64,000 bases of DNA from Amphiscolops sp. MND2022 (Eukaryota): contig OZ076413.1 of NCBI GenBank assembly GCA_964187785.1, positions 58,032,001 to 58,096,000 on the forward strand. Direction: 5' to 3'. The first letter of the stretch is position 1; each line of letters opens with the position of its first letter. A program made the position numbers and the translations under genes. Positions 42,560 to 55,255 of this stretch are shown here, piece by piece. Below the pieces are notes generated by a model. The model searched no databases and had not been told where the DNA came from. It saw only the letters and a list, made by a program, of their open reading frames with translations.

Positions 42560-43085
42560 CACTTTGCAGATATAGAAATTTGTAAGAATGCATCTTCTTG
42601 CAACGATAGTAGAGAAATAATGCATACACTTCATGTTGATGTACGACGTTGACGCCAAGACCAAAAATTTCGGCGTTGGCGTCAACGACGTACATCTTGC
42701 GATTACTGACTATGGATTGGATGTCCAAGCTGCATGCCGGGCTCTGAACTTGCATTACGTCCCTTGTTAGGGGAACGTTCTTATAATGATTTGTCAAACT
42801 TTTTGTCCCTGGTATTTCAGAGACGTTCAACAGATGGCGGATGAACAAACTACCCCTAATCCCGATTCTGATGATAGTGTTGTTGGTGAAGATGCAGCAT
42901 CTGGTGGGGTGGAACTTCAATTCTCTGATGTTGTTGAAACAGCTAAACAACTCACAACAAAGGTTCATCGAACCTCGTCTTTCCGCGACGAAATTCTAAA
43001 GATTCAACAAATCTTGAAGCTGCCATAATTGAAGGTTATCGTTGAGAACGCTACTCGTTGGAACTCACTGTTGTTAATGCTGTTA
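42560..43085 (+). pseudogene. Degenerate hAT-family transposase fragment
   Basis: AITDYG...AACRAL...VPC, then KVIVENATRWNSLLLML (hAT TRWNS motif), with in-frame stops. Confidence 0.7.
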
Positions 43086-43367
43086 CTATGTTAATATTTT
43101 TCTGGACAGAAATTGTTTCTTGTTTAGTGTGAAATTGAATAATTGATCAAGGAAACAATTTCCTGAATTATTTTGTTTCCAAACCCGCTGTTCAAACCCC
43201 TCAAAATTTTTGAACCCAAACTTCAAACACAGCTTCGTGTTTTCCATGGCGGTCAGAGTTTGAAACGCCTGGTAGGGATCGGAAGTGAAAGCAGTGTTTT
43301 TCAACATGAGAGGGTGTATTCCGTCTGGATCCGGTGCTTCACCAAGACATTTGATATTCGCCCCCAA
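43086..43367 (-). pseudogene. LINE RT fragment
   Basis: APDPDGIHPLMLK resembles the KApGpDGI...LK motif of LINE RTs. Confidence 0.5.
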
Positions 43368-45059
43368 AATGCACCATTCATTTGAACATCGCTCTTGTGT
43401 TCTGAGCTATCGGCGGAACATAGTTTTTTTCTACGCGCATCTTCCACTTTTCGTCGAAGTCCATTTATTGAGGTGATTTCCTGATAAAAATATTTCATTG
43501 GAGTAGTTGAACGTTTCCTCCGTTGTGCTGAGAACGTTTCCGCGGTCTATTAGACAACCCATAGGAAGACTGACTCGGTTGAGTTATTTTGTTTTTCAAT
43601 TTTCAAATAAGATCTCCTCTAGTTTTAATCAGTTGTTTGACAATTTTTGTGGAATTCAGCCGTATATGACTCCAGTTTTCCTTTGAATCGCTTTTTAATC
43701 ATTTCGAACGCACAACAGACAAAAATGTGAAAAACTTTGGCAAAATATCAATCGAATTCTCAGTTAGAGGGATGCCTCAGTTTATGGGTACTCATTTAGT
43801 AGTAGTAGTAAAGGCTTTAGGGGTCAAGCCCAAGAGGCATCAGATCCCGAGATATTTACGTCAACAGAACTTGTGCCTTTCATAGCGGTTCCTTGAAATA
43901 TTGCACCCACAGAGAATTCTCCACGTGCACCTGATATTCTCAGAGTTTTTGTCCAGACCGAAGTAACAGTAAAATGTTTGCAGCCGCCGTTTCAGACCCT
44001 TAGGTTCGTAAATGTTCAAATATTTGTTTACAATGTTCGCCAGTAGTGGAGCTCTGTATCAAAAATTGTTTGCGATAGCCTTTTTTTGCTTTCATGGGTA
44101 ATTTGGATGTTTTGTTTAAGGACTGTCTCGAAGAGCTTTCTACCAATTGCAGGAGGTCTTTCAAATAAACTAGAAACATCCTGTCCATGATTTCCGCTAA
44201 TAAGAGAAGTGTATGCATCTCGTTATAAAGATTGACTTGTAAAATGTTTAAGGATATCAGCCACTTTTTGTATGAGTGATGGGAAGCATCCACGGGAAGA
44301 ATTTACCGAGTTATTTTGTGCTGTACTGTTTCAACTTTCTTCACATGAGCCTTCTAGACTACAAAGTTGCGCCAGACGTCAGAATTGGCAAGGTGTGTCC
44401 ATAGTGAGCATGCAAATTTGTATTACCATTCGCAGAGACCGATTTTTCTTTTTATACTGAAAAACGTTTTCTTTGCTTTCATGCATCTGACAGCAGCGTC
44501 ATTCAAAGCTGACATTCTCTAGATCTTATATAGGAAAATAGACTTTTAGATTTTAGTTCTTTATATCTTAGTTACAGAAGTGCGATTCGATCTTATTCTT
44601 TAGATAGCAGTTTGTGCTCACGTTGATTGTGAAATATATACCAAGTTCTCTGAACGATTACACACTCAAAAGTAATTCGTCAATGGAGCGAATAAATCAC
44701 TTTCCAGCGGCACAGCTGAATTTACTTCGTTCCAACCAAAAATTGTTAAATTGGGACCACGACGACACGGCACGTGTTGTCCTCCAAATTTTCGTGGCTT
44801 ATTGCGGGAATTTCAATGTTGTTGTTGTTATTGTGAATTCCCAGCGCAGCTGAAGGAATCTCTTCCTTCAGTTTCCAATGAATCCAGCTTTTTCGACTTT
44901 GCGGGCAGTCGCATGCATCCTCCCAGGTACATGTGTAGTTGTCGTTATAGTATCTAGTGCAAAATTCGGAGAAGAATTCCAGAAGTCGAAATTTAAGTCC
45001 AACGGGATTGAAGAAATCTACGCTGTATGGCAGGTTGTTAATGAGTCATCTGTTCGGTT

Positions 45060-48000
45060 CTGACTGTTGAGAGTATAAATTTATGAATCATTGTTCGTTC
45101 ACATAATGGTGTTTCCCATAACTTGAAGTCACTCTGTTCATTATGATAAATGTTGGAGAGTTCAAGTAAATCTAATATTTGGAAAAAGAGTGATAGAGGA
45201 AGTCTCTTTGTCTTGGATAGAAGAGTAAGATAACTTGAAGCATAGTCGTTTAGTACCCATTTCAGTACACGTTTTTGGAATGTCTAAACTTTGCTTATCG
45301 AAGCTTTTGTGAGGTAAATGCATGGGGAGGCATAACTGATTGTGAATAGAATCAAAGATTTGTAGAGACTTAATTTTGGATGAGTAAGAGTCAATAGAGA
45401 AGTGTTTCGCTTAGCATAATGAAATAGCCGTACGGCTTTAGGCAATTGTTCTTCTATATGAGTACTCCAGGTCAGATCACATACACCCTGAGATCCCTCA
45501 TTAGTTTTCTGTTCCAAGACAAACAATAAGTTATCACCACGGAACTGTAAAAAGCCGTTCTTGTCTAAGGCAAAGTTCATTCCATTGTCCGTGTTCCATT
45601 TTTCGAAGCGCTTCAGATCACTTTTTATATGGGTGGTGAAGAATGTAAAATTTTGAAACAATTCGGGCAGGTCGTTCATAAAAATGCAAAACAGGGGTCC
45701 GATGATGGTTCCCTGTGGTACACCGCTTGTTATTTTCTTGGCTGACCGCCGGATGTTCCCTATTCCGACAAAGTGTTTACGAACTTTCAAGCATTTTTCC
45801 AATTTTCTCAGGAAGCAACCACCGACGCCGAGAATCTCCAGTTTTTTCAAAAGTACGTGGTGAAGCACTTTGTCGAAAGCTTTGGCGAAGTCTGTAGAAA
45901 GCTTTTGTGGCAGCTTTAGAATCCTTATCGCAACATGTTTGTTGATACGGACCTCCCATGATGAATCCTTGCTAATACTTGGTAACATGGTTCATAGAAA
46001 GTTTTTTCAGGGGTTCATACATACATCTCTCAAGTACTTTTCTCGAAAAATTCAAAAGGGTAACTGGTCTGTAGTTTTCGACATTATGTTCATCATCTTT
46101 CTTCGTGAATGGGCGTCACAGCACCAACTTTCCGCTCATCTGGTTTTGTCTTTGTTCTTTTGATTGCTTTAAAGATCAGATGCTGGACGTGACTCATTCG
46201 TTCAGCCAACCTTTGAAAAATTACAGGAGGTATCGCTTCGGGTCCCCTAGATTTGGTAATATCTGCATTCACAAGAATCAACTCGATACGTTTCTTTGCA
46301 ATGGAAAACTTCGTGAGTGCAGACTCTTGGTCGTGTTTCGGGTTCAAAACTTCTAACTTTGCAGACGAGTCCAGGGAGTACACCGATTGGAAGTATCGGT
46401 TGAAAAGCTCAACCTTCTCCTGGAAATTCGAGGCAGTTTCCTCACCAAACATTAGTTTGTCTGGAATGGTCGCAGTTCTATTTATAGACTAGAATTTTTT
46501 GAAAAGGAAGGTAATATTTCGGCTCAAAAATAATTTTCGCTGATATTCTGATTTGTCACGTTCAGCTTCCTCTAGTAAAGTCTTCTCCAACTTCTGTTTT
46601 CTGTAAGATGTCGGTTTTGCTTTGTACTGCTCACGCTGAGTTTGGAGGCGTTTAGAAAGATCGGAGGTGTTCGAGGAGTACCAAATTGGTAAGCTCTGTT
46701 GGTGTTTTGTTCTTCTCGGTACAAAATGATCTGTAAAACTGTTGCAGTACTCAGTATGATCAGTATTTATCTTGTTGACGTTGGTGTGACACACTGGTTG
46801 AAATGGGTGTGTTCATCGTAATCCGCTGATCCAAAACTAGTAGCATTCATATATTGGCTTTCTAACTGATAATATCAAGTTTATTTTTATGGATAATGGC
46901 TTATGGTTTGAGACGTCATTAACTTTTTCACAACTAGTGGTCACCTATGTTTCTGTGCAATCATAATGGGCATAGACTACGTCTAGAGTGTTTCTGCCAC
47001 AAGTGGGAACATGTACAATCTGTTCAGCGTTAGGATGTTCCAATATATTTAGCATATCAACTTCTTCCGAATCCATGCTCTAATTTGTGTTCCAATTAGT
47101 TTGGGAAAAAGTGATATCACCGCATAGTAAAAACGACGAGTGCTTATGAAGAAGCAAAGAATAAGTCAAAAGAGTAAAATTGGCAGTTGTGTGTCTATAT
47201 GGACTCTTTTTTGGAGGATTATAAAAAGCGCATATGATAAGTGGCGTTTCTAATTGAACAAGTACTGCCACGCATCACATTGGAAATTTGATGTTCAGTT
47301 TTGAAGCCGGAATGTGTTTGTTAATAGCAATCAATACCATGCCATGATTTGACGCTGCAGTTTTCGTGGGATCTCTCTCACTAGGAAATATTTTGAAGTT
47401 ATCGAGGTATAATTCAGCATCATTCACATTTTCAACGAGCCATAATTCGGTCGAACACAGTCCCACTAAAGGACTCATACTAATTGCAGTTGCTAATTTC
47501 ATTCTTCTCTCAGTGTCGATCAAACTTCCTGTATTAAGTAGTGAGCAATGCAAATATGATAGTCATGCAGTCTCTGCCGACTGAATGTCTTCCAATTCAA
47601 CGTTTTTATCGTTCATAAACAATTCGAAGTTTCGTACCTTCAGCTCAGATGGCGGAATGCCGTTATTCAAGAGTTCTTGCCGTTTTATCAGGCACAAATT
47701 TTTCCGTTTCGCGTCTTCGGCGGAAAGTGCAAGAAGAAAGTGTATGCCCATCTCTTTCATTCTTGTTCGTTTGTGAGAGCTTTTAGCTAGAACTTTTCGT
47801 ACGTCCTAATTATTGCTCAGGGCGACGATTGTGTTACTGGGAGTATTCCATTCCTCCATTGCTAGGACATCATTTTCTTCTTTATTTTTGGTCAGGTCTT
47901 CAGGTAGACCCCGTACGCGAAAGCTCGATAAAACATTGTGATGTTCCTCCGAATTTTTCATCGGGTTGCACTTTTTGTCGCAATGACATTGATTTTAGGT

Positions 48001-48400
48001 TCAATACTTTTTTCAATTTCAGTATTATCAACTTCTTCAATCCGACTTTCGCACTTTTCAAAAAACAGTTTCGACTCTAGTTTCTATAGATTGTTCAATA
48101 CTCCGCTCCGTCTATCGAGTTTTTCATTCAGTTTGTTGCTACATCGGTTGGTGTCCAATATTTCAGTTTTTCTGTTACTTTCGACCAAGTCGTCACAGAT
48201 CAAGGCGACACGACCACCTAGTTCTTTGATACCATTTATTGCAACGTTTGATATACCAGTGCAGGTGGTGTTCAAATGCGTTTTAGGTCCACTTGCAACA
48301 CACTGGAAGACAAGGTCTGTCGAGCTGATGTTTTTGCAGGTTTTACAGTGGGACTATTTGAAGGGTAAGTGTAAGGAGCTTCTGTGCAACTACACCGAGC
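45060..48400 (-). mobile_element. Decayed CR1/L2/Jockey-group LINE (ORF1 relic, APE endonuclease, RT)
   Basis: APE TELWL, R.....HG.VLIA and CGD..F; PIWYS; RT KSRGPEAIP, W....TPIHE, DFAKAFDKV and SGVPQGTIIGPLF..FMND. The reading frame is fragmented. Confidence 0.85.
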
Positions 48401-48458
48401 AGCCTACGCGAGAGTGAACCCAGAGCGAGGCCCCAAGGTACAGAAAAACTGTAACGTC

Positions 48459-49160
48459 AAGCTAACAGCTATATTTTGAGAGCGGGACAATGCCTAGATT
48501 GCTACAACAAGAGACCAGTGTCTTACAACAACCTAAACATTAGCTTTCAGTCCCGATAATGTCTCAATAGGGACTATCCACTTGTCTAAGGAGACTCCTC
48601 ATATTAGAGCTCCGTGACGTGCCGGCACACTCAAAGCCCGGACACATCCCACAAGCACGTAGAAACGGTCCTAAAGGTTCCTGCGGTCCTACATACCTCT
48701 GAGGTCCAAAAACAGGGGTTTGGCTAAAGCACATTTCAATCAGTTGAATAACGTCTAAAATCAAGACCTGCAAGGTCCGACATTAACAAGCACCTGAAAA
48801 TCTGCAAGAACACTACAGAACAGCACTGAAAAGACATTCTAAACAGTTCTCAAGGAGTTCTGAGTCTTGTGTACAATTCATACGAAAATGGTACTTTCTT
48901 CTTCATTCTCCTGTTCTGCTATTTCTGGGTAAGATGGCACAACATTGGGATATTGTCTCGTCTCAGCTTCTGGATGTCTTTGGGTGTCAGATTACACGAG
49001 TTTTTCGGTGTTCGGAGTGTGGATTGGGGAGTGGTGGGGGTTCTTTTGTCTTTTCTGAGTCCTCTTTACCAATTTCAACGACCTGCCAGGTCGATCATTT
49101 TGACTCGCACCTTTTCTGGTTCTTCATCGATTTTTTGGGTGTTTACTGGTGGACGTTACA
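48459..49160 (-). mobile_element. 5'-truncated 3' end of a LINE family also present at 60872-62610
   Basis: About 700 bp collinear and highly similar to 60872-61974. Both copies end at the same minus-strand GTTAGCTT. Confidence 0.7.
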
Positions 49161-52100
49161 TCCTCCCCGGGCGGTAGTTTGACGTCTTTGGCAAACGAGA
49201 GGGAATGCAAAATTACACACCCAGTGGGTTTTAGCAAAATCATTTCAAATGTTTTTTATTTTACTGCTGAAAAACTTTATCATTTTGGTAGCGTTTTACA
49301 ACATTAGCACTTTTGGATCTTTTGGATTTAGCACTTGTTCGCCATTTTAAAGGATAAAAACCAATTTCGCTACAAACTCTTCCGTTTTGTTTCAGTCTGG
49401 TTAAAACTTCTTTCAGGGGAAAGTTTCCTTACAACGACACTCAACCAGTAAAATATGGAACAGTTTTAATGCATTGTTTGAAATGCACCTTTTTTTGCAA
49501 GCAGGCAGGTACCAAGCTGGAACCTACTTACCAGGTAGTTATACTAATTCCGGTCGTAATTGTTTGAATGAACTAAAATTGTATGAAGTACTTCAACCAT
49601 TGCACTTATGTAGAAGTGTTTTCAATGATAGTTTTCTTGGTAAGTTTAGTTTGATTGCTAGAGTTCAATTCCAGTCTTTTTCACTACTCATTGTTTGCAT
49701 TGTCAGCAGCTTTAGCGTGGTCTTGTAGAGCTTCTCCCAGTGTCTCTACTAGTACGTCAGCTAGTGACCATTTTTGTTATTTAGGACTGGGAGCTCTATC
49801 AGCTCCAATTCAATAGCAGCAGCTTCTGTCTGTGATAGCTTGAAATCATTGTGGCGTCGCTATATCAGTAACGGGAGCAATAGGAGCGTTGTTGGTCAAT
49901 ACCTCCGTTTCTGCAGCTGCTAGGGTCTGCGAGGAGCAGGCTTGGCTCAGGCTTGAAATTATGGAAGTTGAACTACCACTGGCAGAGACCTCCGTGTGTC
50001 CTGTTGCCTGTCGTTCTGTGGTGGAGCCCACCGGGCGTAGTTCTGGCTGCTGGTGTACGTGCTTTTCAAATGCCTCTGTACTTCTTGATGGCGGTCAGGT
50101 AGCTCTCGTAAAAAGAGTTTCCTTCCTGCTTTTGTCAGGCTATCAAATCCAGGAATTGCATTGCCATCTTTGGATTGTTCGACATTTCGTTACTGATGGG
50201 CATTATCGTTCTGTTTGACTCCTTGGCAACCTTCGGCTTACCATATCTGGTATTGATGGTACATTGCCCGATCCACCTTTGGGGGTTCTGTCCAGCAAGT
50301 AGTCTTGGCTAGGATCATCGCGGTGTTGGATTGGAGTTCCGTTCGCGGAGTGTCCATTCTTGACGAGTTCGGTACTGCAGCTTTTGTAGCGTGGAGCCTT
50401 TCCTTCGTCCACCCAAGCCCTGTGTGGCATTGGTTAGCGTCCTCAAGATTGCTTCTTCGTCCCAACTGGAGAAATCCTGTATTGCACCAGTATTGGGGTT
50501 CATTGGCACGAGCAGCCATTCCACCGGGTGGAATTCTAGGGGCATAGGCAAGGCGCATCGCGCTTTGGCTCGGACTAACATTACGAAGTTGTGTTCGGTC
50601 TGCTTCTTGTCCTTAATTATGGTATACGCCATCGGAGGCCTGAAATTTGCAAATTCGCGTACTAACATCTGAAAATCAAGTGGTCGGGTGTCATCCTCTG
50701 GGTCTACAAAGTGTAGGATCGACAACGTGGGGGTGCTGATAGCAACTCTAAGAGGTTGTGTAGGGAATTGTAGTGCCATCACGGATCCGAAATTGGGCCA
50801 TACGATAGGAGCAACCATCGGGATCAGGTCGTCTGTTTCTACCAGCATCAAGCTTGCCACTTGAGACGGGAAGAGAAAACCTGATAGGGTTTTTCATTGT
50901 GTTGCTGATTCTGCGAGTCATCCAGGGTGCTCATTACACCCGATACATTCACCCATGCTGAATAAATCCAGGCTAGGATTGTCTCGACATTTTCGGAAAG
51001 GTGAGCACGCAGTCTCAATGCTCCTGCGGGGTATAGTAAGTTCAAGATTGCATGTATCGAACCTCTTTGGTTTCGTGCGAACACCAGGTAACTGAACAGA
51101 CTTGTTCAGGATTAAGTTGTGTACCAAATGCGCAGGACCTTGGTAAAAAGAACCTAAGCCGACTGCCATCAGGCTAGGATTTCACTGATCGTGGCTCTTT
51201 GCATCACTTCAATGTATAATTTCATTTCTTGTTCGTCCAGGCCACTTTCACACTGCACAATAGTTGGTACCCAGAACGGAGATATATTGTACAAGAAAAT
51301 GGGAAATGGTATTTGTCGTCCCTCTGCTACCTGTGCCAGGGTGTCTTGCAAAACTTCGTGCCAAGACTGGTACGAGTGTTCAGGATTAGCCAAATTTGCT
51401 GGTGCTACTTTCCGGGCAAGGACTGCTAGCAGCACCAGCTTAGGGGAGACCATGTTGGGTTGGCAGTCTACTGTTGTGTTTCCACAGGAAAGGCTGTGGA
51501 GTCTGTGTCAGTTTGCTTTATCTATTCAGTCCTCTTGAAGAGACCTAGCAGCTCCTTGTGAAACTTCGCGTCATGTGTCTTCTCGTCCTGGGTCGACTCA
51601 TCTTTCTTTTCAAACCACAGGTTGTTTGTCATTTTTGTTTTCTCTGCTTCGTTCGGCTCTTTGACCTAGCGCACTCCGTTCTCGTCGAACGTACGATGTG
51701 CCATTTGCATCCCAAAATCGAAGGCGGTTGCTTCGCCAACTAACAGTTGTGAGTTGCCCTCATATCAGGTGTAAGCCTGCAAGGCTTTCGACACCTCCGC
51801 TAGGAAGTCATGGCACTGATTCTCAAATTCGGAGCCACAATGTGGAAGTAGAGATTCTGAGCAGAAGCAGCTTCCGATTGCAAGTAGACGAACTGTTGCA
51901 GTGGCGTTAGGATGTATACCTACCTTGGGGTGATACAAAGAAAATGCCTGCCGTGGGCTTTTTTCTTTGCACTCGGCGAATCACGCTTCTCATTGCTTCC
52001 ATGTATGATACGACTTCGCCGGTCACCACTTCCTCGGTCAATCGTCTAATTCTTCCTTCGAGATATTTCAAGATTCCTCGGAGGGATAAGTGGCCGATTA

Positions 52101-52874
52101 CATCGCTGTATATCAGTAATGGTGGGAATGGAATCGTCTCGGCGGGATTGGCAGAGGGCCAAAGACTTTACAGGTGACCTCGGCCATATCATCCTCCAGT
52201 GAAGAGCAAGACAGGTTCATCACCCGAACGTCCATCAGTGTTTTGTTCAAGTTTGACGTTGCGTTCAAAGTTGAGTGTTTGAAAAAGGCGATTCTTGTTT
52301 TCTGAAGAACTTCTTTTCCCATGGGAAGTAGCGTAGTCAGATCCCTTTCAAAGGGGTATGCTTCGCAGCAGTTGCTCGTCATATCTGGATGGTCGCTCTG
52401 TTCCTAACTTTACCTTCGATGGTAGTGGTTTCACAAATGGAGATTTATCCTTGTGTAGATCTTCTTCCACAATCTCGAACCATGGGGGAGTGCGATCCAA
52501 AAACAATGTCGGCTTTTTCACGGGCCTGGGTAATGCATTCCAACTGAGGCCTTTTCTCATGTCTTTACATTCTCCGGTTCTCCCATGCTTGTGGCAGTTA
52601 CGAATTTTTGAATATCGAAACCTGAGTCTAGATTTCCCGATTGGACTTCCCGCTGCAGACGCACCGCGTCTCTGGCTGTAATGTCATACTGTCGTGTGTC
52701 CGTCTGCGACAGGAGCTCTTCGGAAAACCTCACTCTTCTAGCCTCCGGCTGTTGCAAGGGGGAGGGGTTTGGGCTTAAGCTAGCAGCATCTGAATTTGCA
52801 AATTCTCTTGCTCTCTTTTTCTGGACCAATTGCTCTAGTTTGATCTTCTGTTCCTTCCGATTCAACACGTCTTT

Positions 52875-55255
52875 TAAGTCTATCGGCGCGTTTGCCGCTT
52901 GTTTTTCTGCTTTATGCTGTTCCTTCTGTTGTTCGTGCAGCTCCGGGTTGTTCTGGAAACCAATTAGATGTCGCGGGTACGTCGAAGGCTTTAAGGCATC
53001 GTACCAATCTTGGACCTCAGTCAAACTCTTCGTCATTGGTACGTCGTAGGGGTTTCGCATTGCTGTGGTTCTTCGTCTCTCGTTCGTCATCGTTTTCTTT
53101 TCCGCTGAATTGTTGGTGTGTTGCGCAGTCGTGCGCACTTCTTTCACCTCTTCCCCCCTGAAAGAAGAAGGGAGCATGAGTTCGGGGTTGTCGGGTTCCA
53201 AGCGTCTGGCAGACATATATCGCGGAAAATTTCTTAGTCAACATTGGTTACAGCTACTAGCTATCACTTTCTGTCGTCAAGTCAAAATTCGCTCATTGGA
53301 AAGACACTCATACGTTCGAAGACCCGTGACCGTGCTAGAAGCACTCTCCGTAGGCCACGATTGGTCTGGTACGAACATGGGCAACAGACAGCTACGCCGA
53401 ACAGTATGGCAAGACAGCAAAGCCATACTGGAGCACCTCGCGCCAAATCAAGAAAATCAAAGCACCCTCACGGGAAAACACGTAACAATGAATACCAAGG
53501 TCAAGCCGAATTACTTACCACCGTGGATAACCTACGACGAAACTGATATCCTGCAAGCACGTGGTACCGTGGTAGTGTGCTGTACAGCGGTCCTTATATC
53601 ATACTCAGCGATGACTCGCTACGTCATCCGTGAATACGGACTAGACGAGATTTTTAAACTACGACCAGTCGTTGGAAAGGCGATGCACCTAGTCAAGTCA
53701 CCAAATGCCCCATGGAACAATAACATTTATCTGTTATCTACCAGAGCCTCCAGCAAGCATCCCATGCTGCATGATGTAATACATTTATGTCTGACAGATC
53801 TAGTACAAAAGGTTACTCAAGCTCACACCATACAAGTTCGCTTCCCTATCTTTGAACCCGAAAGGTCAATCAACATAGTACCAGCTTGGTATTCAATGTT
53901 GAGAGATCATTTCATCGAGTCAAACATCGACATCGTTCTCGACGATAGAGTCTACGTGTCGATCGAATCAGTAAACGCATATCACAGCAACCCGAAGCAC
54001 AAATTGGATCGAGAACCAATAACCCCAATAAATTTCACTTCTGGAGGCAAATCGCCTTCTTTTATGCATGTGTCGTTTTAAGTAATACCTGAACTGATTT
54101 TTGAAGTGAACTGTTGCATTCGATTTACAAAAAATCTTTTAAGAATAAATTGGAGTGTACCTAACTTGAATTCATCTATAGAATGTTTTAACCCAAATTT
54201 GATGTCTGTTTATTTTCAGTTCAGTCCTGTCCTCTCGCTACTACGCGACACTCCCAGTCACATATCATCTTTGCTGTCACTCAGGAAACGTTGCAATTTG
54301 AAGGTGCTACCATTGTTACATATGGAACAATCCTCTCGCGCTAGAATGCCACTACCATCCGTATCCAACTCACCGGCTAGTACCAGTCACGATGAACAGA
54401 CTGGAGCTCCAGCAGCAGCTGCGCCAGAACCTCCAGTGTCCTCGCCACCTGTTGAAGATCTACATGGTAGACTAGACCAGCTTGGTCTTGTCCAATCCCA
54501 ACTTCAACCCGGAGCTTCACCGACCCTCGTCACCGGGATGGTAATGCTCATCGCCCAGATGCAATCGCTGGAAGAGCACTCAGACTTTGTTTTATCCTTT
54601 TCCGAAGGAATCGCAATTCCGCTGAACCGCGAAACTTAGCAATGGAGCTTGGCATGGACATGCCCTTACTCACCGCTTTGATGTTCATCGATCGCACTTA
54701 ACGTATGGTGAGCCGGCTAGGCCTCCCATGGAACAGCAACGACCCCTACACCTCTCACCGACACATGCAAACAGTAACAGCCATAATGCCACCAGATCCC
54801 AGCCCAAACATCTTGCCAACTTTACATCCGCCGGCACACCAATTTACATGTAGACTGCCCGTTGTGCCCCCGCCTGTATTGACACCGCCGCCCTTTACTG
54901 CATCCAATAGCGCTACACGCTTGAAACCCGACAACCCCGAACTCAAGCTCCCTTCTCCTTTCAGGGGTGGAAGAGGCCAAAGAAGTGCGCACGACTACGC
55001 AACACACCAACAATTCAGCGGAAGAGAAAACGATGACGAACGAGAGACGAAGAACCACAGCAATGCGAAACCCCTACGACGTACCAATGGCGAAGAGTGT
55101 TGACTGAGGTCCAAGATTGGTACGATGCCTTAATGCCTTCGACGTCAGCGGACCCGCGACATCTAATTGGTTTCCAGGCCAACCCGGAGCTGCAAGAACA
55201 ACAGAAGGAACAGCAGAAAGCAGAAAAACAAGCGGCAAACGCGCCGATAGACTTA
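52875..55255. repeat. About 335-bp inverted repeat pair (52875-53205 and 54917-55255)
   Basis: Both encode PDNPEL...EVQDWYDAL...KAEKQAANAPIDL, on opposite strands, with many substitutions. Confidence 0.9.
53377..54081 (+). CDS. OARD1/TARG1-like macrodomain in an inverted segment of the Gypsy element
   Basis: ITYDETDIL..VVCC..EYG..VG....IYLLST....P...LCL..FP..W..ML..F....IDIVL aligns by eye with the OARD1 pattern. The Gly-rich loops appear lost. Confidence 0.65.
   Translation: MGNRQLRRTVWQDSKAILEHLAPNQENQSTLTGKHVTMNTKVKPNYLPPWITYDETDILQARGTVVVCCTAVLISYSAMTRYVIREYGLDEIFKLRPVVGKAMHLVKSPNAPWNNNIYLLSTRASSKHPMLHDVIHLCLTDLVQKVTQAHTIQVRFPIFEPERSINIVPAWYSMLRDHFIESNIDIVLDDRVYVSIESVNAYHSNPKHKLDREPITPINFTSGGKSPSFMHVSF

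Noticed and set aside
53065-53376. N-terminal 104 aa of the 338-aa ORF
   Set aside because: It is largely the antisense read of the minus-strand Gypsy ORF across the inversion junction, not part of the macrodomain protein.
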